A DNA stretch of 64,000 bases from Selaginella moellendorffii (Eukaryota; Plantae; Lycopodiophyta), in assembly GCF_000143415.4 (NCBI RefSeq), contig NW_003314310.1:1350960-1414959 (forward strand), in the 5' to 3' direction. Numbering within the stretch: the stretch's first letter is position 1; each line of letters opens with the position of its first letter. The translations under genes and the position numbers were made by a program. Positions 11,221 to 22,509 of this stretch are shown in pieces. The notes under the pieces were generated by a model. That model worked only from the letters and a program-made list of their open reading frames with translations, was not told where the DNA came from and made no database searches.

Positions 11221-13365
11221 TTGGAGTGGATATCATCAGATTGCAATGGATGATGCATCTATCTCCAAGACGGCATTCAACATAAGCTTTGGACATTTTG
11301 AGTTTACAGTTATGCCATTTTGTTTGACAAATGCACCAGCCACATTTACTCGGTTGATGATAGAGGTATTTGGGCATTATCTTCATGTGTTTGTGGAGAT
11401 TTTCTTGGATGATATTTTTGTTTTCAGCAAGAATATGGAGGAGCATAAGGTGCATTTGCACAAGGTTCTTTTGTTACTCCGAGACAGCAAACTTTATGAG
11501 AAGAGCAAATTGAGTTTGCAAAGTTAGAGGTGGAATATCTAGGCCATATTGTGATATTTAAGGGTGTCAAGAAGGATTTAAGGAAGGTGGCTATGGTGGA
11601 AAACTGGCCTACACCGAATACAGTGGCTGAGTTGTGCAGTTTTCTTGGTATGGCTAGTTACTACCGATGTTTCCAGCATAAGTTTGCAGAGGTGGCTATT
11701 CTTTTGACGCAGTTGTTATGCAAAAATGTGCCATTCGAGTGGAAGAAGCCATAAGAGGAGAGTCTGTGGTGCTAAAATGATTGTTGAGCGAGACTCCAGC
11801 GCTTCGCATTGCTGATCCATCAAAACCTTACGAGGTGACATGCGATGCAAGTGGTTATGCACTAGGAGGAGTTCTCATGCAAGAGGGATAGCCTATTGCA
11901 TATGAGAGTCAAACTTTGAATTTTGCAAAGCAATGCTATTCCACATATGAGCAAGAGTTACTCTCTATTATTCATGTTTTGCAGATGTCGTAGCACTATC
12001 TTTATGGTGCAGTGTTTGTGATGTTGACAGATCACAAACCACTTGTGTATCTTTTCACACAAAAGGATTTAAACACTAGGCAAGCTCATTGGATGGTCAA
12101 ACTTATGGAGTTTGAGGAGTTTCCTATTGAGCATCATTCGGGAAAATCAAATGTGGTGGCAAATGCTTTATTTTGTGTTCGTCATGTGACGATGTTACAA
12201 ACACGATTTTGTCATCATTTGAGTAAGGTGGTTAGCGAGTTTAAGCAGTTGGTTGAGCATGCTTAAGCTCAGGATGATGAGGTGGCTTCTTTACGAGACT
12301 AGATGGAAGCCCCTTTCTCATTGTGGATGGGATCTACTACAATGGCCGTGTCTATTTGCCACGAGTGGATGCATAATTACTCAAGTTTTATTCCACTATC
12401 ATGATTGTCTAGAGGTTGGTAATTTTAGGGGCAAGAAAACGTATGAGTTGATTAAGCATAATTTTTATTGGAGGAATATGAAGGCTAATATCCTCAAGTA
12501 TTGTAAATCATGCAAGCTCTGTTAGTGGGTTAAAGTGCCACAGGAGAAGCCAGGGGGACTTTTGCAACCTTTACCTATTCCTTAGAGCCATTAGTGTAGT
12601 ATCTCTATGGACTTCATCACTTGTTTGCCACAAACATAGAGGCAAAAGGAGCAAGTATAGGTCATAGTGGATTGATTGATGAAGTATATGTGGTTGTTGG
12701 CTCTTCGGAAGACTATCATTGCCTCAGACTTGGCTGCGGTTTACTTGGAGAAGGTTTTTCCTGACTTTGGTTTGCCGGAGGACATCATTAGTGATCAAGA
12801 TTCAAAGTTCATCAATGGATTTTGGAAGAGCTTTGCAAAGGCTATGCAAGTGACTTTGAAACTCTCGAGTGGAGATCATCCTCAGACGAATGGGTAAACC
12901 AAGCATGTGAATCAGGTGGTGGAGGATATGCTACGTTGAAACATTGGTCAAAGGCAAGGACAATGGGATTTATATCTTCCATTGGTGCAATTTTCTTACA
13001 ACAATAGCCAACATAGTGGAACCAAGTTAAGTCCTTACTTTGCCATGTTTGGAAGGCATCCCCGAACAACGGTGGAGTTGGGATTGCATTTGAGTAAGGA
13101 CGTTCAAGGTAAATTTGATTCCGAGGCGATTGATCTGGCCACAGAACTTGATGAGATTCTGGTGGCGTGCAAATAGAATTTGCAGGCAGCTCAAGATAGA
13201 GCGGAGAAGTTTGCTAATGAGCATTGGCAATTCTGGGAATATAAGGTGGGTGATCTTGTCCTTGTGTGACTAATCTTTCCATCAAGTGAGCGGCGGAACT
13301 CTTTGGTGCCTTTACGGACAGGGAAGAGTGACAAACTTTCCTATCGATACGTTGGTCCATATGAA
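11221..13365 (+). pseudogene. Degenerate pol fragment (RT-RH-IN) of gypsy family D
   Basis: Colinear with ~40129-42281 of the intact element (SGYHQIAMDDASISKTAF to ggtccatatgaa), with many stops and indels. Confidence 0.95.
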
Positions 13366-13807
13366 AAGCTCTATTTCGTTAAAGTGGGAATTGTCATTAT
13401 CCCACTTGTAAAATAAGGTTTCCAAACCTTTATATAGTATATAAATATAACAAAATTCAACTGCATTGAGGCACATGCCATTTTATTTTAAACAAGGAAA
13501 TGTCTACTCAATCACTTCTCCTCCCCCTGCCACTGTGTCACCTCTCTCTTCTCCTTGTCATCGTCGTCCAATTTCTTTCCATCCTTTTAATATTGGCTCA
13601 GTTGCTCCGAGTCTAGATGGAGCCCAAGTCCCCATTCAATCTTTACTTTCCCCTTATTAATAAAACAACTTCGTAGACTTTCAATAACATGCTGTAACAC
13701 TTCTAGTATAATGCAAATCCTCTCAAAGAATTGTCTTTTAATATTAATACAATGGCATGGAACCCCATGCCATAATAAGTTACATTTTTAAATAAATACA
13801 TGCCATC

Positions 13808-15305
13808 TCAGACTGTTATTTTTTGCCTCCAACGCCTATACAATAATCTTGGAATTTCATCACTCTCCACACTATCAGGATTTAAACCCAATAGTAATGC
13901 CATCTCTTCTCTAATACGTCCACGCTCATGTTCAGTGGTCGAAAAACCCATCCGGTTGAGCAGATTATGGAGATGCGGATAGTGTTTGGCTAAACAATAT
14001 ACATGCCATAAATGATGACTGGTGTCTGTCCGATCAAATGGCTTCTGATATACCGTTCCATCTGCCATTTGGTTGATTTCTGCAGCCACCTCCTGGACTG
14101 GCCGGTTCTCTATCACAATCGCTTCAAGCCGTTTTGCAAGGTCCCCCAGAACATACGGTTTCTTCTCCCTAGTTTCCATACTGCAAGAGATGGGGTGCAC
14201 TGCATATGTGTGCGTGTTCGCTGCAGTTTTAATCAGCGTGTCATCGATGATGAGGATTTCACTTGACCTAGCAGTCCGGTTCATCACTACAGCCTCTGGC
14301 TTGACGAAGATGGGCTTGCTACCCCTCACATGGACCATAGTCAAGCAATCCTCCTGCGTTAAGAGAAAGTCAAATGGTAATATTACTCGCGTCTGATCGT
14401 GCATCATCTGTAGCAACGTTAATGCATTGTGGCGCATCATGGATGTCCAAACTCCCAATTGCAAATTGAACCCGGCCCTCTGTTTTAAGTGTCGCATGGT
14501 CATTATTAGATCCCGCAGTTTCTCCAGTGTGATTAATGTGAATCTGTCTCTTTTGACCAACTTGCGACCGCAGGCTTTGGAGGGTGCAGTGATAGTCGAG
14601 AACGAGCCACGCTCATGGGAGAAAAGGACACCGTTTAGATCAAAAACGATACAGTACTTTCGCCGTGACTCTGAAATGAAATGCGTTAGCATAAAAAATG
14701 GTACAAGTCAATTTTACCATCTACAATATTAGCGAATGGTGCTCCCGATGGTCGTTCAGAGGGTTTTGGTCGAGGAAACGTGAAGGGCGGAAATACTCTC
14801 CTCTGCAATGTGGGGTCAATCGCATCTGATGGCGTGTGGGCACATGCCATTTCAGCTGTAGACTCTGGTACAACTGGCTCAACAGTGGCATGGGGTGGTT
14901 CCGATGGCGTGTGATCACACGCCATTTCAGCTGGTGCCTCCGTTGGCAAAGTGGACATGACCGAACAGGCAGCAGGGGCGGTGTAGGGAGGTTCCAATGG
15001 CGCGTAGTTAGACGATTGGGCACACGTTGAGTCCGTTGGAAATGAGGATACGACCGGCTCGGTGGCTGGGGCGGCCTCATGCGGGTCCAATGGCGCCTGG
15101 TCACCGTCAGTTGGATACGTGGACAAGATTGACTCAGTGGTATGGGCAGCATCAAGTGGAGCGTGGTCAGCTTGCTTGGCGTTGATATGGATAGTAGCCT
15201 CCACCAGCTCTGATGACTCTTGCAGGCAAGTAGAGTCCACTGGCGGATCCATATGCATGTCCAAATATCTCCCTTCGATTGAGATGGTATCCTCCCTACT
15301 GGCTA
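13808..15305 (-). CDS. Pro/Thr-rich linker exon spliced to an FCP1/NIF-like HAD phosphatase domain; possibly the C-terminus of the 15550-19401 gene
   Basis: Motifs IVFDLNGVL, LGVWTS, LLTQEDC, ILIIDDT. Intron 14671-14717 (GTAAAA...GCTAAC...TTTCAG) joins ORF 14686-15327 to ORF 13808-14692 in frame. Confidence 0.75.
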
Positions 15306-15549
15306 CTAAAAACAAACTCATTAGCACATTGAATCGACTATACTGTATTTACTATCAACTGCTATTGGGCGCACTGCTGATTCTGAAGGATTGGACATAC
15401 GTTTTGACCCTTACTTGGCACTATCCTTCCTCGACACTAAAGGCTAGAGTTTGTATCTTAATTCAACTGAATAATCTCTACTTACCATTTCTTCTGTGAC
15501 CTATATAGACAATGTTAGAAATGGTAAAAAGTTAGGAATGGATGTACTA

Positions 15550-18500
15550 TTATTTACCTGATGGTTTGTCTTGTATGACCTTCCTCCGCTGCTCTTTGGC
15601 CACCTCAGGCTGGCCATCGTCGTCATCATCGTCATCGTCGTTATTGTGATCGTCACCATTGTGAGGACCATCCAAGTCCTCTTCGTCCTCCTCTTCTTCG
15701 TCCTCCTCTTCTTCGTCCTCCTCTTCTTCATCCTCCTCTTCGTCCTTCTGCTCTTCCTGCTCATTATCTTTCTCTGGCTCCTCATCCCCCTCCTGCATTT
15801 CTTCCATAGGCTGCTCAGGCTAGATGGCTTGTTTTTCCAGGACCATCTTGGGAAAATCATCTGGCCGAGTCTCCATCTCAAAATACAAGACATCCATAGC
15901 CTGTTTCAGTGCTTGACCTAGGACCGTATCCTCACCCAACTGTCTTAACATGGTTTCTGCACGTTCTTGCACCCTTCGAAAATGACGAGATGAGAAAAAC
16001 GTGGCCTTGACTTGAAAAGCATCCCTCATCCATTGTACCTCTCCATTGAGATTGGGGAAGGGGAGTCCGCCATAGGAATCTGAGTCAGGAGGTGGTGACT
16101 GGCTCCTTTCACTCAGCCCTTGTTCTGCAATGAATGGCATGAGCACACACGCCATAACCGTGAGGCATTACCTATCATCTTTTCGTTGCCCTTCTTCCTT
16201 TTCGAATCAAACGCCTCTGATCCCGACGACTGTCCAACGTGCTTTCGCTTTTTATGACCACTGTCAGTTTGAGCTTGACTGGTGCTTGCCTGTTTTGCCT
16301 TTGAAGAAGTGTCTCCTGCAAGGAATGGCATGAGACCACACGCCATTGCAAATATAATTTATACCTCCTTTTTTCCTATTGCTTGTCTGTTTGTCCTTCT
16401 TCGACGCGCCACCAGTGCGCTTTTCAGTCCTCGTGTCTGAATATTCACAACGATCTATAATCAAAATGGCATGAGGCCTCACGTGACCTTACCTTGTGCA
16501 GGTAGTGAGCTCGGCCTAACATCAGTAGCTGTTAACGCCGTTTCAGCATCTGGGGGTGGCCACGCTCCTGCATACAGAGCTTGTGAGATAACATTTAAAC
16601 TTAAAGTGCGTACTCACCAGGTTCACAGAGAAGATACTGTTTTTCTTTGGCAACTGTAATTATATGCTCCATTGAAGTCACCTCTTCAATGGAGTTTGTC
16701 ACCGCAACACAAAGGACACCCTTGAGTAGTGCGGCTCGAAAGAATAGTCCGCCACAGTTGTACTCGACAACGCATTTGCCCTTGGAGTCACCCGCTATTG
16801 CATTGAAGACCCAGCTAAGCATTTCCCATGCTGCACCTGGAGCTTTCTTTGGATTCGAAAGCTCTATAGCCGTCTTCAGTTCCTTAGGCACGGGTAAATT
16901 GACCTCCCTCAGATCAATTCGATCGGCCTTGTTGAACGAAGCTGGGAAGTCACTCCAGTCCCACTCTGCTGCAGGACTAATAACAAGGGCGAGTGTGAAG
17001 ATGCGGACATTCGTCGGTATCTTCTTCTTAGCCATTATCCCATGGATCTCCCGCATCTCCTTGCCTTTCAACCGAGCCTTCACCTCGTTCAAGGCCTTCC
17101 AGAACTTGTGATAGGATTCGGAGTCATAGATCATATAGTGGACTGAAGATTCCACCTCCGCAAGTCCCACCATTAAGTCAATGATGGAGCTGACTTCGTC
17201 TGCATGAGTGATCTCCTCGTTTGTGAAGTCCATCACACAAAAGATGTTCTTGACCTGCTCATCTCCGCGGGAAACGATGCTCCTCCACCTTTGATCCTCA
17301 TCCGAATTCACGTATACCCGGTAAGGTTCTCGATAGGCCTCTGCTGCGGGGTCGAGCTGTTTCTGAAGCCGGTGGTCGACATCCCTCTTAATGAAATTTG
17401 GATACTGATCCAACTTCTCAGCTTTACTTTTCGTGGCATCCCGCAGCAGATCGATGAACTTGGGGGCCCCCTTCACGTACTCGTCGATGTCTTCATTTGA
17501 CAAGTCCAGCTCTTCCATCATCTCTTGCGTGGTGTCGATGCTCACCCTCTCCACGGCCACTTGCTCGAAGATCCAATCCTTCAATAGCACACGAGCTCTC
17601 AGAGTCGTGCACAAGTCCTCGTATGTCACAATATGGCCGGGAGTCATTTTGGTCTTGTTGAAGACTACCTCACCACGTAGAAGAGCATTAGCCACTGTCA
17701 GAAGGTCGTCGTCATCTAGAGACCACGAGAAACGCAAAGCGTTGAACTTCAAATCATTGGGCTTCCGGCCGTCCTCCACACCCATTGAGTTTAGCAACTC
17801 CCTGTCATGGTACCTCCTCAGCACATCTACCCATTTGTCAAAAACAACTTTTGTCGCGAGTAGAATGTTATGGATGCTGAGTGTGTCATTGACCCCCAGT
17901 GTTTTCGAGAGAAGACTCGATAATTCCTGCAATGGAAATGGCGTGAGGCCACATGCTATGCCACATGCAACGAGGCTTACCTGCCAGGCGCTAGTTGCTA
18001 GTGCACGTCCTTGTCCTGGTTTTTGTGGCTTCTTCAGTTGAACCCAGAGCTTCTGTGTTCGTGCCAATGTCTCGTGCAGACCCGATTTGTAGCACGTTTC
18101 TTGCTTGACATTCTGCGCGTGGGAGATGGATATGATAGATCGGAGGGGCGAGTTGCCTTTTATCAGGCGGACAACTCTTGTCTTGAAGACTTTCTTCACC
18201 TCCTCGCCCACCATAATATCCACAACTATCTCTTGCATCGCCAAGCTAGAATGCTGCCCGGAGACGGCATAAAACCGGATGTTCTGATCGTCCAACACCT
18301 TCCTATTGATCAAGTTTGGAAACCTCGTCTCGCCCTTCATTGTTTGGTAGTAGGGGATCACGTCTGCGATGTCGAGTGTTACTGGACTTGCCAGCATCTT
18401 CTGCTTCAGTTTCTCCACCCACTCATCAGATACTAGCCTGTGGTTGTATTTGCTTTGGATGTCGATACGGCTCACGTCGATTGTATATACTTTGTTGGAA

Positions 18501-19401
18501 TAGTAACAAGTACTATTATCTGCGACGATTTTTGCTGCCTCTTCTTGCTCTTTCTGCTCTTTGTGGCTCTTCTTTTTGGTGGGTGTAGTGTTCGAACCCG
18601 AGGCAATGGCATCACCGAGTAGCTTCTTTTTTGGAGCAGCAAAGTCGGACGTCGGCTTGAGCTTGACCACCCTTTTCTGCTTCGGGGTAGTTTCCAGATC
18701 GACCCCCTTCCCCTTCGCTTCGCGAACTGGAGGCACTCTCAACGGCTCAATGTTGGAATATAGTTTTTGAACATCGCCGTAGGTGAGGTCCGTGGATTCC
18801 ATGTGATCTTCATAGACCCGCAACGTCTTTGAAATTGTGGGCCTCCTGGACAACCTCTCCCTAGCTCCCTCTAGGAATTCCTCATAGCCGCTGCCCCCCT
18901 CCGGGAAGCCGCTAGGATGTGCAAGGTGGATCTTGAAAGCGGACGCTGTCTCTACCACAAGTGCCAGTCCATATTCTTGCATGGAAATGCATGGAGTGTC
19001 TGTCACTTGGATGAGGATCCCCATGCATTCTTTTCTCCCACCATCTGTGTTGTACAGCATCAGATCCTCGCCTTCCATCCCGAAAGTCCAACTGGTGAGC
19101 TCCTCCCCCTTCTCTGCATCCACATTGACAGTGGCTGGAAGAAGAACGCAATTCCTCGCCTGTTCAGAAATGCACAACAATTAGAGCTGACAGATGAAAA
19201 GCTAGCAGCTGGAAATAACGTGAGGCCACACGCCATTCACCACTGCATTAGATGTCTTGAGGCTGCATCCTAAGATGGCGTGAGGCTACACGCCATCTAT
19301 AACCGGACTGCACTCGAGAGCCCAATCGGTGCATGCCAATGTTGCTACTGAATGGCATGTGGCCTCATGCCATTTTCTACTTGGCCTAAAAGACTTACCA
19401 T
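15550..19401 (-). CDS. Multi-exon gene: ParB/Srx-like domain, degenerate N6/N4 DNA methyltransferase-like domain, basic and acidic low-complexity tails; one premature TAG at 15820
   Basis: ATG at 19401. Predicted GT-AG introns 19398-19160, 17980-17927, 16617-16568, 16492-16437, 16364-16316 and 16171-16125 all keep frame. Motifs NHRLVSDEWVEKLK...FYAVSGQHSSLA (ParB-like) and NPKKAP...GKCVVEYNCGGLFFRAALLKGVLCVAV (MTase motif X/I-like). Confidence 0.7.
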
Positions 19402-20088
19402 TTGAAGCCGAATGGAGGCCGTGACAATCGAGGCTGGACTCGCTGGCGAATGTGCACTGTGTGTGCAGCGGATCGTAGCAGCAAGGCTACTCTGCCACTT
19501 ACAGTTGGAGAGTGGCGCCGAAATCTCCCGGGACGCCAAGTGGGCTGCGTGTGGGTGGCGGAGTGGGCGGCGGAGTTGGCGGCGAAGTTACAAACTAGGT
19601 GTGTCTTGAAGTGGACGCCGATGCACACGAGCGCGATGCGAGCGCGAGTGTGATGCAAGCGCGAGTGGACGCCGATGCACACGAGAAACCTGTACAGAAG
19701 TGAGCGTGATCGCGAGTGGGAGCGCGATGCGAGCGGGAGCGCGAGTGTGATGCGAGCGCGAGCGCGAGTACGAAGCAAAATGCAAAACCTAACCTCACAC
19801 GCGCGAAATGTCATAACGGTTGGTAATCCTGCCACGTCATCATTCCTTGGACTTGGGCGCCACCATTAATTTCTGGATTGCCGCGCGCATGCAAGCACGC
19901 AAAATCCAAAAGAAATCCGCAACGTCATCATTCCTCGGACTGCATGCACGCGAAATCCAAAAGAAAGATCATGATTGGGATATCATTTAATACCCTCGCT
20001 ATATTTATACCATGCATGATTGGATATTCCAAAGCATCTTGTATTTCCAAAAATGGCAGATGTTCAGCTAAATAAAGAAATTCTATCT

Positions 20089-21445
20089 GTTTCTATTTTT
20101 CTCTCAAATCAATATTATAGCGTGTGGGCTCATGCAATTTTGAACCAAAGAAACCCAAAAAACGTTGGACCCAAAATATTTTGAAAAAACCCAAAAAACC
20201 CTAAACATTTTAAACCCAAAAATCCAGGCGTCCTGTGGCGTTATTCCTTGAATGGCGTGTGGGCGCATGCCATTTTCAGGGCCAAATGCTGAATGGAGAA
20301 AAATTCCCTTTCAGTGCAAATGCTGCAAGAGGCAGATGCCGAGCACAAAGGACTGTAACTACCTCACATAACACAGATAAACTTTTCTCTATTTGGCAAA
20401 GATAAACTTTATAGCGTGTGGTCTCATGCAATTTTGAACCCAAAAAATGCACCAAAAAATTCTCGGCGTCATCTGGCGTTATCTCTTGAATGGCATGGGG
20501 CCGCATGCCATTTTCAGGGGCACATAGGAGTATATTCCTAAGATATTCTGACACGCGCGAGATTGTTTTGAGTTTTCTGGAGATCCAACCGTTAGATCGC
20601 AACTAAATTTTACAGAATGGTATACAATGTCTTTCTTGATGACCCTGCAAAGAAGCATCTCGATCGGACACCACATGATACCACACGAGCCTTACAATGT
20701 TTCAGGGGCATTTGCCATAGATCCGACCGTTATTTTGCTCCAAGATTTTACAGTTTGGTGTGCATTGACCTTTCCATCGACACTGCAAAGGGACATCACA
20801 ATCAGATGTGGCATCACAAGAAACTAACTTCATTAACTCTGGTTTCACCAAGATCTACGTAAGGAGTTATGAAATGAAAGGACCCTCTCTATTGAAATGT
20901 GTTTATGGTCCTAGGGGCATTATGACATATCAAAGGATTTTGCATCAAGTTCTGTATTTGCATGTTTATCAAGCTACTGAATTGCTAAACCCTAAACCCT
21001 AAACCCTAAACATGTGGCAAATGCTGCATGAAGAAAGATGCCCTTTCTGGGCAAATGCTGTAAGAGGCAGATGCCGAGCAGATGTATCTCAGGCTAGCGA
21101 AGGGGACAAACAAAAGCTAGCTATAAACATGACGGGATGCAAATAGATTACTAGGCTGGTCCTGCGAAAATCAAAAACCATAATTGAAAACATTGAAAAT
21201 GCAAAAAGAAAGGTTTATAATATTTTTGAATTTTAAGCAACCAAAGGAATGTAAGTAGGGCATGTGTTTGTAAGTTTAAAAATGCCTCAACCACTTAAAT
21301 TCCCAAGTAAATAAAGCTGTTTCTATTTTTGGTACAGGTAAACTTTATAGCGTGTGGGCTCATGCAATTTTGAACCCAAAAATGCACCAAAAAATGCTCG
21401 ACTAGCATTATTCTTTGAATGGCGTGTGGCCTTATATTGCCATAA
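20089..21445. repeat. Three copies of a module carrying two palindromic sites, in the divergent intergenic region
   Basis: tctattt...atagcgtgtgg..tcatgcaattttgaacc.aaa...ttgaatggc at ~20089-20280, ~20385-20515 and ~21318-21445. Confidence 0.8.
20985..21010 (+). repeat. Short interstitial plant telomere repeat / telo-box (CCCTAAA)3
   Basis: ctaaaccctaaaccctaaaccctaaa. Confidence 0.8.
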
Positions 21446-22129
21446 ATGGACGTACACAGAGCATAATTATTCCTTTACACGGCGAATAATCTTGGCGCGG
21501 ATCGCTGACATGGCATGGCAAAGTTCAAATCACTGACATGGCACAGCTGGATCGAGGCAAGGACATGATGTGACAAAGTTCAACCTCCGACAGCAAAGTC
21601 TAGAAGCTACTCAGTTTGAAATTTGTCAGAGGAGTCATAAGATCTGGTTTGTCAGAGGATTTGATGTGACATTCAAGCGTGTGTTATTTTTGAATTCTCG
21701 AACTCATTCCTAAGTCTATCATTTTTGTGCGCCGTGTTCTTGGTTCCGCTGAGCGCAATGAGCACTGCTTGTGTAAGCGGCGTTGTGGGCTGTGGTTTAT
21801 GCGTCTACGAGCGGTTGCGGCATTGCGAGCGCCATTGCGGGCGGCAGTTTATGCGAGTGGCAGTTTGTGCGAGCGGCGCTACGAGCAGTTGCGGTGTTGC
21901 GAGCGGCGCTACGAGTAGTTGCGGTGTTGTGAGCGGCACTGTCTTTGGTGTGGCTACCGCTTCCTCTTGATATTCGGCACTTGTGCTTCCTGGTATGTTC
22001 ACCATGGAATGGCTTAGGACCACATTTAGAAATGGCATGAGGCCACATGCCATCTTGGGCCCTTGCAATTTCATGGCTAGCGTATTGTCATGTATGTTTT
22101 TACTTGCCTGCAGCTGTGTGTATATCAAG

Positions 22130-22321
22130 ATGGCATGAGGCCTCATACCATCTTTGGCCCCTGCTAACCTATTGCCATATTCCTTTTGCCTTGCTGCAAC
22201 TGTATATATTTTTGTATGGGTGACTAGTCACGCACACAAATATATATACAGTTGCAGCAAGGCAAAAGGAATATAGCAACAGGCTAGCAGGGGCCAAAGA
22301 TAGCGTGAGGCCTCATGCCAT
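22130..22321. repeat. 192-bp inverted repeat (fold-back) capped by two palindromic sites
   Basis: Arms symmetric about gtgact|agtcac at 22225/22226, e.g. ccttttgccttgctgcaactgtatatat versus atatatacagttgcagcaaggcaaaagg. Confidence 0.9.
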
Positions 22322-22509
22322 TAGTGGTACCACTAATGGCATTGAGGCTCATGCCAATTTTGTGAATGCAAAATTTCACGTGGGTGTCAATAGCATGTTT
22401 GAATAATGGCATGTGGCCTCATGCTATTGAGGTTGTTTGGTATGTTATGATTTAGGCCATTCTCCAATCATTTTTTGTATGGTCTTAACTTCTTTTCTGC
22501 ACTTTCAGA

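Noticed and set aside
16601-19180. Bacterial contamination, or a single-exon 859-aa protein
   Set aside because: The gene has spliceosomal introns (one in frame inside this ORF) and is embedded among plant TEs.
20985-21010. True telomere or chromosome fusion scar
   Set aside because: Only ~3.5 units; more consistent with a telo-box.
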